DNA from: a virus
Length of the DNA: 64,000 nt
Virus record (IMG/VR): IMGVR_UViG_3300047157_000171
Strand: one strand, 5' to 3'
The position numbers and the translations under genes are program-made. Each line of letters opens with the position of its first letter. Position 1 is the stretch's first letter. Below, in pieces: positions 56,482 through 64,000 of this stretch. The notes under the pieces were generated by a model, which saw only the letters and a program-made list of their open reading frames with translations, made no database searches and had not been told where the DNA came from.

Positions 56482-57365
56482 TGAGATTAAGTGACAAAAT
56501 AGGTAACACACCACTAATAAAAATTAGTGATAAGATTTACGCTAAGGCTGAGTTATTTAATCCTACAGGTTCTATCAAAGATAGACCCGCAAGTTATATT
56601 ATAAATGATGCTGAGAAAAGAGGTATACTTAAAAAGGGTGATACTATTATTGAAGCGACTTCAGGTAATATGGGTGTATCATTCGCTTGGTTAGCCGCAG
56701 AGAGAGGATATCGTTGTGTGATAGTAATGCCGTCTAATATGTCTGAGGAAAGAAAAAAGACAATGTCTTTCTATGGTGCGGAATTAATTGAAGTACCTGC
56801 GGGTGAATTTGACACTGCAATTGAATTAAGAGATAGATTATCCAGAGAAAACGGATGGTTTAACTGTAACCAATTTGATAATCAACTTAACGTGGAGTCT
56901 CATAAAAAGACTACGGCTACTGAAATACTTAAAGATGTTGGTTATGATAGTGATAACTACAAAGTAATTGAAGCCTTTGTGACAGGGACAGGGACAGGTG
57001 GTACTCTAATGGGTGCCGGTGTTGAGGTTAAAAAGTACGTACCATTTACTAAAATCATTGCGGTTGAACCTGATGAGTCACCTGTTATGAGTGGTGGAGA
57101 ACCAGGGTTACACGGTATACAGGGAATTGGTGACGGCTCAAAGTTCTTAGTGGATATGAATAAAGTTAACCAAGTAATTAGAATTAAGACTGAAGATGCT
57201 AAAAAACGTGCTTTAAGGTTGTCTAAAGAAATGGGTATCTTTGTTGGTATTTCGGCGGGTGCTAATATATTAGCTTCAGAGAAATGGGTGGAAGAAAATA
57301 ATCCTGAGGGTATTGTTGTTACTTTCTTATGTGATAGAGGAGATAGATATTTTAGTTGTTTATGA
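56481..57365 (+). CDS. cysK: Cysteine synthase family PLP enzyme (CysK/CysM-like)
   Basis: IGNTPL, NPTGSIKDR, EATSGNMG, GTGTGGT, HGIQGIG, GISAGAN, DRGDRY. Confidence 0.9.
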   Translation: MRLSDKIGNTPLIKISDKIYAKAELFNPTGSIKDRPASYIINDAEKRGILKKGDTIIEATSGNMGVSFAWLAAERGYRCVIVMPSNMSEERKKTMSFYGAELIEVPAGEFDTAIELRDRLSRENGWFNCNQFDNQLNVESHKKTTATEILKDVGYDSDNYKVIEAFVTGTGTGGTLMGAGVEVKKYVPFTKIIAVEPDESPVMSGGEPGLHGIQGIGDGSKFLVDMNKVNQVIRIKTEDAKKRALRLSKEMGIFVGISAGANILASEKWVEENNPEGIVVTFLCDRGDRYFSCL

Positions 57366-57631
57366 ATTATGTGATACTTGCGGTGATACAAATGTTATTT
57401 AACACCCTTAAAATCTTAGAGATTAAATATTCGTACGATAGAGATATGAGAAAAACAATGTTAATCGGATTCGCATTAACAATTGTATGGTTATTCTCAA
57501 CGGCATTAGGTGTGTCGGCAGTTATTGAAATGGATTACTATATGATGGGGGTTTATATTGTCTTCTCAATGTTAGGTAAGTACATAGCACTAAAACTACA
57601 GGACTATTTACATATTAGACCAAAGAAGTGA
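57356..57631 (+). CDS. Three-TM membrane protein
   Basis: Hydrophobic; start possibly 57362. Confidence 0.6.
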   Translation: MFMNYVILAVIQMLFNTLKILEIKYSYDRDMRKTMLIGFALTIVWLFSTALGVSAVIEMDYYMMGVYIVFSMLGKYIALKLQDYLHIRPKK

Positions 57632-57849
57632 TGAGATATTTGATTTTTTTAATAATATGTTTATCATTAAGTTCATGTGGGTTCTATCACTTTCCTAAAG
57701 TATATCGATACAATACGATACCTTATGATATTGAAGTTCCTTTACATAAGAATATAAAACAAAATAAATATAACCGTAACAATCCTTATTATGAGAAAGA
57801 TACTACAAAAAATAGCGTGGAAAACGAACAATTGGACTGCGAAGTTTAG
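57628..57849 (+). CDS. Putative lipoprotein
   Basis: Signal peptide with lipobox LSSC. Confidence 0.55.
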   Translation: MMRYLIFLIICLSLSSCGFYHFPKVYRYNTIPYDIEVPLHKNIKQNKYNRNNPYYEKDTTKNSVENEQLDCEV

Positions 57850-58129
57850 TTTACTCACCATATATTTAGGTGGTGACCACCATAAGTTTGGTTTTCAGTT
57901 TTTAAATATAGATAATGGTATTTGGTGGTCAGGTTCCCTTTTTGAAATCACATGGTCCTTCCCAACGGTGACACATGCTGGTGAACTTACAATTGATGTC
58001 TTTTATCTTTTTGAGAAATGGGATAATTGGTGTATCGATATGATAGACAGGGTGATGTGGGGTTCAAGTCTTAGTCTATGGGAAAGAGTTAACCGATACA
58101 TACACACAAAATTCAAATCGATTAGATAA
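57791..58129 (+). CDS. Hypothetical Trp-rich protein
   Basis: 112-aa ORF. Confidence 0.55.
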   Translation: MRKILQKIAWKTNNWTAKFSLLTIYLGGDHHKFGFQFLNIDNGIWWSGSLFEITWSFPTVTHAGELTIDVFYLFEKWDNWCIDMIDRVMWGSSLSLWERVNRYIHTKFKSIR

Positions 58130-58232
58130 ATTTTTATTTAATTTAATTCGACTTACTTAACTAATAATAGAAATTAATCTATTTATCCCTTTTTTTTATT
58201 CGATACTACAAAGTTATTTTATAATTTACAGA

Positions 58233-58240
58233 TATTTATA
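58233..58240 (+). promoter_or_regulatory. Putative late-promoter motif TATTTATA
   Basis: Intergenic, upstream of 58276. Confidence 0.4.
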
Positions 58241-58275
58241 TATGAGTAATAAATTATATTAAAACAGTTAAAGGT

Positions 58276-58506
58276 ATGTTAGGAGTATTAAAAAAACTAA
58301 TGGAGATGTTAAAGGTATACGTTTTACCTTATTACAAAATCGTTAAAGAATTCGTAAAGACAAAGGGCTTCACCGCTTTAGTTGCTTTAGGGTTTGGTTC
58401 GATTTTATTATTAATGGGGTATCCATTTATGGGTGGAATCGGTTTCGGTGTATTCTTCAGTAAGAACACAGAAATAATCAAGGAATTGATTGAAGATTAC
58501 ATGTAG
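58276..58506 (+). CDS. Small membrane protein
   Basis: Gly-rich hydrophobic hairpin; flanked by late motif and terminator. Confidence 0.65.
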   Translation: MLGVLKKLMEMLKVYVLPYYKIVKEFVKTKGFTALVALGFGSILLLMGYPFMGGIGFGVFFSKNTEIIKELIEDYM

Positions 58507-58531
58507 TAAATATCTTTACAAAAAAACTCGT

Positions 58532-58565
58532 AAAAGGGGGGTCAATTATTGACTCCCCTTTTTTA
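58532..58565 (+). terminator. Intrinsic terminator
   Basis: aaaaggggggtcaa-tta-ttgactcccc followed by a T run. Confidence 0.75.
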
Positions 58566-58577
58566 TTGTTGTATAAT
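58549..58577 (+). promoter_or_regulatory. Classical sigma70-like promoter TTGACT-N17-TATAAT, overlapping the terminator
   Basis: TTGACT 58549-54, 17-nt spacer, TATAAT 58572-77, upstream of 58597. Confidence 0.45.
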
Positions 58578-58596
58578 TTAATAAAGAAATATAGAT

Positions 58597-59370
58597 ATGA
58601 TAGATTTTAAACACTCAGGGTTTGTTTCCGATATAATTTACTCTTTACCCGCAATCAAAAAGGCGTGTGATATTAATGGTGAACAGGCTAATTTACATTT
58701 AGAGGTGAATATACCTAATGAAGATAAAGATAAACCTGGTTATCCTTATAGTCCGTTTAGACTTATGAAGGAAGAGGTTGAAATGTTAAAAGGTTTATTG
58801 GAGTCACAGACATATATCAACGAGGTGAAGGTCTTTGATGGTGATAACAGTATAATCAACGTAGATTTAGGGTTATGTAAAACACAACCAATTAATTTTG
58901 CTGCTGGTAGTATTTCGAGGCACTACTTTTCTATGATGGGTGTGTACGATTCGTTAGAGAAACCATCACTAAAAGTTAAAACCAATGAAAGATTTAATAA
59001 TCGAATAGTGATTTCACGTTCATTAATCTACCAAAACAAAAATGTAGATTGGAGTATCTTAAATAACTTTAAAGATGTAGAGTATTATTTCATTGGTAGT
59101 AATATGGAGTTTAAAGATATTGCAACACGTGTTAATAATATCAAACAGGTTCCGTTTAAAGATTATAATGAAGTTGCTAAAATCATAAAAGGTTGTAGTT
59201 TGTTTATTGGTAATCAAAATATGTTCTACTCAATTGCTGAGTCACTTAAAGTTAAAAGAATGTTAGAGGTATGTCCTTATAGTCCTAATGTGATACCATC
59301 AGGAGGAGAGAACTATGACATACATTACAGTAAATTATTAGAGTTCTTAATTGATAAACACGTCAACTAA
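58597..59370 (+). CDS. GT9 (heptosyltransferase-like) glycosyltransferase-fold protein
   Basis: FKHSG..SDIIYSLPA; AKIIKGCSLFIGNQ..FYSIAE. Confidence 0.7.
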   Translation: MIDFKHSGFVSDIIYSLPAIKKACDINGEQANLHLEVNIPNEDKDKPGYPYSPFRLMKEEVEMLKGLLESQTYINEVKVFDGDNSIINVDLGLCKTQPINFAAGSISRHYFSMMGVYDSLEKPSLKVKTNERFNNRIVISRSLIYQNKNVDWSILNNFKDVEYYFIGSNMEFKDIATRVNNIKQVPFKDYNEVAKIIKGCSLFIGNQNMFYSIAESLKVKRMLEVCPYSPNVIPSGGENYDIHYSKLLEFLIDKHVN

Positions 59371-59534
59371 TGGGTTTTAATAACGAAGAGTATATTGAGG
59401 AAATTTTATACACTGCACATAAAAATGGGTATAGTCAACGACTATTGGATGAGGTTAAACGACTAAGAGAGTCAGGTGACAAATCACGTACCGTTGATTT
59501 ATATAATAAAGCGTTAAGTATTGTAAATGGGTAA
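59370..59534 (+). CDS. Hypothetical protein (54 aa, not in ORF track)
   Basis: MGFNNEEYIEEILYTAHKNG..; overlaps both neighbours. Confidence 0.55.
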   Translation: MGFNNEEYIEEILYTAHKNGYSQRLLDEVKRLRESGDKSRTVDLYNKALSIVNG

Positions 59535-59928
59535 GAAACCAGATAATGTAGTATATGATGAGGAGAAGGGTTATTACCCTTCGCTTACTCCTTATGGTAC
59601 TAATGTTAGTGGTCCCTCCATTGATGTCGTAGATGTTGGTGGGTTTAAACGTTTTGGTGTTGAGAGAGCAAAGAAAGAAATAAATGCTAGATTTATAGAA
59701 ATTAAAAAAGAATATGAAAAACTTATTGAACAGGCTTCAATCACAGAGATGGTTTATTCATCTCGTTTCAACTTCGAACCTATTGTTGGAAATGTATATC
59801 ATCTTTATTTGGATGATAATGGAAAGACTTTCCTTTCATTAATAGGTCCTAACGAGTGGAATCAAAAATATGTGGGGTCATTTAAATTACTAACAAATCA
59901 CGAATGGGAGAAAATTTCACTAACATAG
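59527..59928 (+). CDS. DUF2452 family protein
   Basis: KKPDNVV..LTPYGTNVSGPSI..FEPIVG.VYHLY..FLSLIGP.EW. Confidence 0.8.
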   Translation: MGKKPDNVVYDEEKGYYPSLTPYGTNVSGPSIDVVDVGGFKRFGVERAKKEINARFIEIKKEYEKLIEQASITEMVYSSRFNFEPIVGNVYHLYLDDNGKTFLSLIGPNEWNQKYVGSFKLLTNHEWEKISLT

Positions 59929-60224
59929 TTTTTAAAAAACACAGACTCAACGAGAAAGGTATTCACGGTATATATGAATTAGATGATAAAAACTACATCT
60001 CAGTTTGTAGTGGAGGGGATTCTTATGGTGATTTATATAGGGTAGAGTATCATGTCTTTTTATCTCAGTTACACGGTAAGTGGTTTAAAAATATTAAGTC
60101 AACCTTTGAAGTTGCGTTGGTAGGTGAACAAAAAGAAGAATTTGTGATTAACGATTATGATGTGATGTCAGGTCTAACTCAACAAGATGTTGAAGATTTT
60201 ATAAAAAAAGTTAAACAAAAGTAA
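59904..60224 (+). CDS. Hypothetical protein
   Basis: 106-aa ORF. Confidence 0.6.
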   Translation: MGENFTNIVFKKHRLNEKGIHGIYELDDKNYISVCSGGDSYGDLYRVEYHVFLSQLHGKWFKNIKSTFEVALVGEQKEEFVINDYDVMSGLTQQDVEDFIKKVKQK

Positions 60225-60289
60225 GTTTTTAAGTTAAAATAGTATATTTATTATTTGTCCCTAAAGTTTAAAATCTTCTTAAACGTAAC

Positions 60290-60323
60290 AACCCCGACCT
60301 TGAAAATAGGTTCGGGGTTTTTT
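60290..60323 (+). terminator. Intrinsic terminator
   Basis: aaccccgacct-tgaaaat-aggttcgggg followed by a T run. Confidence 0.75.
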
Positions 60324-60379
60324 AATTTACATGTTGAATTATTAGATAATAAATCATACTATTAAGTAAAATCAATTTA

Positions 60380-61243
60380 ATGGAAAAATATATAAATAAT
60401 ATCACGCAAGGTGATTGTGTCGATATCTTAAAGGATATGGATAATGAGAGTGTAGATTTGATGATAACTTCACCCCCTTATAATGTAGGTATTGATTACG
60501 ACACCCACGTAGATACTTTATCTATGGATGATTATTGGGATTTTACACGTCAGTGGTTGAAAGGTGTTTATGATGTATTAAAGGATGATGGTAGAGTTGC
60601 TATTAACATTCCCTATGAAACAAATGTGAGGGAACGAGGAGGTAGAATATTCTTTGCTTCGGAGTTCTATCAAATAATGAAGGAAATCGGGTTTGGTTTT
60701 TTCGGGTTGGTTGATTTAGATGAAGACAGTCCACATAGGTCAAAGACTACTGCGTGGGGTAGTTGGATGAGTCCTTCAGCTCCTTACATATATAATCCAA
60801 AAGAGTGTGTTATATTAGGATATAAAAAGGAATATAAGAAAAAGGTAAAAGGTGAACCTCAATGGTCTCCATCTGAGATAAAGATGGTTGAGAAGACTAA
60901 CGGTGAGGGAATGAGAAAAAGAATTGAATACAATGATTCGGATAAGAAAGAATTTATGTCTTTGGTTTTTGGACAATGGAATTACTTTGCAGATACTAAT
61001 CAGTTAACGAAGGCGACATTCTCTATGGACATACCTGTAAAGGCTATAAAGATTTTGTCTTATCAAAACGATGTGGTGTTAGACCCATTCTCAGGTTCAG
61101 GAACAACTGCGGTTGCTTGTTTAGTACATAATAGAAGATACATTGGTATTGAACTTTCAGATGAGTATACTAAGAAATCAAAAGCGAGGATAAATAAGAC
61201 TAAGGCTGAAATGGCTCAAGTAGAAATGGTATATGAAAAATGA
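60380..61243 (+). CDS. Site-specific DNA methyltransferase (N4-C/N6-A, beta class)
   Basis: ITSPPYN catalytic motif N-terminal; VLDPFSGSGTT..YIGIEL SAM-binding motif C-terminal. Confidence 0.93.
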   Translation: MEKYINNITQGDCVDILKDMDNESVDLMITSPPYNVGIDYDTHVDTLSMDDYWDFTRQWLKGVYDVLKDDGRVAINIPYETNVRERGGRIFFASEFYQIMKEIGFGFFGLVDLDEDSPHRSKTTAWGSWMSPSAPYIYNPKECVILGYKKEYKKKVKGEPQWSPSEIKMVEKTNGEGMRKRIEYNDSDKKEFMSLVFGQWNYFADTNQLTKATFSMDIPVKAIKILSYQNDVVLDPFSGSGTTAVACLVHNRRYIGIELSDEYTKKSKARINKTKAEMAQVEMVYEK

Positions 61244-61460
61244 TACTCTTGATTTACATGGGGTAAGACATTCTGATGTTAGTAGGAAGGTAGATATTTT
61301 TATGGGTCAAATGATTGACTCACGAGAACCATACCTTTATATTATCACAGGTCTATCCAATGAGATGCAAGACATTGTGACGGAAACCTTAAAAGATTAT
61401 AAATTGGATTATGAAGTCGGTGACTTTTTTAATCCAGGGTACATAAAAATTAAATTATAG
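61233..61460 (+). CDS. Smr-domain protein
   Basis: TLDLHG..YIITG..NPG. Confidence 0.75.
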   Translation: MKNDTLDLHGVRHSDVSRKVDIFMGQMIDSREPYLYIITGLSNEMQDIVTETLKDYKLDYEVGDFFNPGYIKIKL

Positions 61461-61462
61461 AA

Positions 61463-63246
61463 ATGGTAGTATTAGGAATATCCCCAAATCACGACTCGGC
61501 GTTGTGTATAGTTAAAGATGGTAAAATCTTATCTGCGATATCAAGAGAAAGAATATCAAGGGTTAAGAAAGATAGATATATCACACAAAAAATGATGGAC
61601 TATGTTTTAGACCACGCTGGTATGACGATAGATGATATCGATTATGTTGGTATTACATATTGGTTCGAGAATAGAACTACATGGAAAAATGAATTTGAAG
61701 ATTTGAAACTCTATGTTAAAGAGGATTATATGTGGATGTTTAACAAGACGTTTGATTTTACTGATGATGGTACTCCTGCTCCGTATGTTGAAGGAAAGGG
61801 ATATCAAGTATTATCTGACTTAGTATTGTTAACACCACCAATCACCAACAGACCACACGAATGTGTTCCAATTAATTTGGATATATATGGTAGAACAATA
61901 CCGGGTTGGTTTATCAATCACCACCATGCACATGCAGCATCAACTTACTATACGACTAACTTAGATAAGGCGGCTATCTTTACTATGGATTCTACTGAAG
62001 CGGACCCTTATGCGTGTTCCTTATTCTCGTATGGTTATGGTAATAAATTAGAAACGTTATATTACCCTGGTGTTAATATCGCACATGCTTATTCTGTCTT
62101 TACTGAAACTTTAGGATTAGGTCCTGGGTTGTTTAAGGCGGGTACGACTATGGGGTTAGCTCCATATGGTAAAGTAAACCCTGATATTATCAAAGACCTC
62201 GATAAATATACGAAGTCTTATTGGGAGAGAAATGAAGGTGGCGATGATTGGAGATGGATTTACAGGTTGTTTATGAAAGTAACGGGTAAGGTCATTACCC
62301 ATCCCCACCCACAAGACCCAATGATGAGTGATAACTTCTTCGGGTGCTGAGTATTTCAATAAGGAAACCTCAGACAGTCAAGAAGCTATGGACGCTGCTG
62401 CGACTATACAATACATCTTTGAACATACGGTATTCAGATTTGCACAGGAGTTGTTTGAGGAGACTAAAACGATAAATGGTGGTAACTTATGTATGGCCGG
62501 TGGAGGGTTCTTAAACTGTACCACAAACGGTAAGATAGAGGCTAACACATCATTCAATACGGTATCTCCATATCCTGGTTCGGGTGATGACGGATTATCT
62601 GTTGGATGTGCATTGTATGTGTCACATAACTTATTAGATGTTCCGAGAACTGAAAAGACCGTTGGTGAGGTTGTTTATACAGGTAAGACCTATCCAACAC
62701 CCGAAGGTGGTAAGGATTTGGATTTAGATTTCTTAGGGTCTCAATTAAATGAAGGTAAGGTAATCGCTTGGATGCAAGGGGGTTCTGAGTTTGGACCAAG
62801 AGCGTTAGGACATAGAAGTTTTATTGCTAATCCATGTTTGGAAAATACCAGAGATTACATTAACTTTGACATTAAGAATAGATGAAATGGTGTTTAGACC
62901 TTTTGCTCCGGCAGTTTGTGTTGAAGATGTTAAAGACTACTTTGAGTTTGAAGGTGATTCACCGTATATGTTAAAGATATGTAATGTGGTGTCAGATAAG
63001 ATACCTTCAGTTACGCACGTAGATGGTACATCGAGAATACAAACAGTTGTTAGAGAGGACAATCAAGATTATTATGATTTGATTAGGTCGTTTGAGAACT
63101 ATAGTGGAGTCCCTGTGATATTAAACACTTCGTTGAACTTAGCGGGAGAACCGATAGTAGAAAACTCCTGAAGATTGCTTTTCAACCTATTCAATAATTG
63201 TGATGTGGATATATTAGTTATTAATGAAAAAATGTGGGTAAAATAA
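61463..63246 (+). CDS. Carbamoyltransferase (NodU/CmcH family), split in this sequence by several 1-nt insertions
   Basis: HDSALC..RERISRVK, HHHAHAAS, GTTMGLAPYG, MAGGGFLNC, GDDGLSVG, EFGPRALGHRSFIA, RPFAP, THVDGTSRIQTV, LNTSLN; breaks at ~62340, ~62883-62893, ~63164-63183. Confidence 0.85.
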
Positions 63247-63247
63247 A

Positions 63248-63846
63248 ATGGATGTAGTATTAAACATTTTGACGGTTTTTTTAACATTGTTTTGCGGTTA
63301 TTGATATGCCGGGGAATGTTCCTTTAATTATTAGAATTAAGGAAAGAGAACGGTGAGATTGAATCAGGTAAGGCAACTATTATCTCGGTATGTATTATGA
63401 TTGCTATGTTGTTTATAGGTAAAACTTTATTCACATTATTAGGGATAGAAACATTTCATTTCGCATTGGCGGGAGCGATGTTATTATTATTCTTTGGGGG
63501 TTAAGATGGTGTTAGGTATTGAATCAACGAGTAGTGATGAACCGATGTCTGCCACTATATTCCCAATTGCATTTCCACTCATAGCGGGACCTGGTACATT
63601 ATCAACAATAATGTCATTAACTCAAGATATGTCAGACGTTGTTATAATCGTAGGTATTATTCTAAATGCTTTGGTTATCTTTTTCTTCCTTAAGTCGGCG
63701 TGCTTGGATACAAAAAAAAATTAGGGGTTGTGGGTATTACAATAATGGAGAGAGTGTTTGGTATTATCCTGATTGCTATTGGTATGAAGATACTTATTAC
63801 ATCTTTAGTGTTAAGTATTAATTTCGCTAATTCGATGATAACATAA
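63248..63846 (+). CDS. marC: MarC family membrane protein, frameshifted in this sequence
   Basis: Fragments IDMPGNVP, FALAGAM, IFPIAFPLIAGPGTLST, IMERVFGIILIAIG. Confidence 0.8.
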
Positions 63847-63863
63847 AAATTGTCTCAGTAATA

Positions 63864-63895
63864 TTTGTTATTACCGAATTTTGTTTTTACTTTTG
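63864..63895 (+). promoter_or_regulatory. Bacteroidota-type promoter TTTG-N20-TACTTTTG
   Basis: Consensus elements upstream of 63915. Confidence 0.65.
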
Positions 63896-63914
63896 TATTA
63901 AATAACGATTAGAA

Positions 63915-64000
63915 ATGAAAGAAAAATATATAGTCGATAAAACTGAGTTAGTCGAACATCCTGAACATTACGGTGGAGAATCAAATCCCTACGAGGTTGT
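63915..64000 (+). CDS. DUF3310-like protein, 5' fragment
   Basis: MKEKYIVDKTELVEHPEHYGGESNPYEV; VxHPxHY motif; runs off the window. Confidence 0.65.
   Translation, partial: MKEKYIVDKTELVEHPEHYGGESNPYEV

Noticed and set aside
58130-58275. tRNA or structured RNA in the larger intergenic gaps (also 10486-10623, 46792-46896)
   Set aside because: No cloverleaf, T-loop (GTTCRA) or stable stems; the gaps are explained by promoter and terminator elements.
53902-63246. ThyA homologue plus carbamoyltransferase as a 5-carbamoyloxymethylcytosine DNA-modification system
   Set aside because: The synthase keeps the dUMP-specifying Asn (PFNISSY), whereas dCMP hydroxymethylases have Asp there, and the genes are 6.5 kb apart. 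A partner elsewhere in the genome cannot be excluded.
62330-63730. Multiple frameshifts in carbamoyltransferase and marC as programmed frameshifting or pseudogenisation
   Set aside because: Nearly all breaks are single-base insertions, many in short homopolymers (gaaAact, gatTgc, gctTttc; aga-T-gaa-A-tgg-TG-ttt for REWF). They are clustered in the last 1.7 kb, and removing them restores conserved motifs. This pattern is typical of low-coverage long-read error.
1-64000. Stop-codon reassignment (code 15 or 4) as in some large gut phages
   Set aside because: Standard code gives near-complete coding density and full-length conserved proteins; TAA, TAG and TGA all end genes at expected positions.
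50500-64000. Host chromosome segment or chimeric junction, given many bacterial-type genes
   Set aside because: Same composition, GATC avoidance, promoter motifs and gene packing as the virion region; no operons of core cellular genes.

Overview
AT-rich, very gene-dense 64-kb segment, almost all on the + strand. It reads as part of a large (jumbo-type) tailed phage genome, probably infecting Bacteroidota. This is inferred: no capsid, terminase or portal gene is recognisable here. Host clues are several TTTG-N19-21-TAnnTTTG promoters, A-rich leaders without Shine-Dalgarno sites, a Bacteroidota-type primary sigma homologue, and DUF2452/DUF2805/Hc1-like genes. Layout: 0-21.7 kb holds the sigma factor, a putative lysis block, putative head-associated proteins, DnaJ, a Dam-family methylase, a WCT-motif/LRR protein, a PLOD-like collagen glycosyltransferase, DUF932, PcfJ, a nuclease, Trx/Grx, a J-domain protein and a degenerate MetK. 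21.7-44.9 kb is a 23-kb fibre cluster: five coiled-coil/repeat fibre genes (one of 2277 aa) and three lysine-rich collagen genes, each ending in an S74 autocleaving chaperone. 45-64 kb holds acidic proteins, a glucosaminidase, a holin-like gene and host-like accessory genes (radical SAM, flavodoxin-fold reductase, ThyA, PspC, DUF2827, cysteine synthase, GT9-like, methylase, Smr, carbamoyltransferase, MarC). Best leads: (1) a procollagen-like maturation system (collagen + C-terminal autocleaved trimeriser + PLOD-type glycosyltransferase); (2) a MetK pseudo-enzyme; (3) a second promoter class TATTTAT(A/T) ahead of virion-type genes. The last ~1.7 kb has many 1-nt insertions that look like sequencing errors. 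No tRNA, rRNA, CRISPR array or IS element was seen. All family assignments are by motif recognition, not database search.
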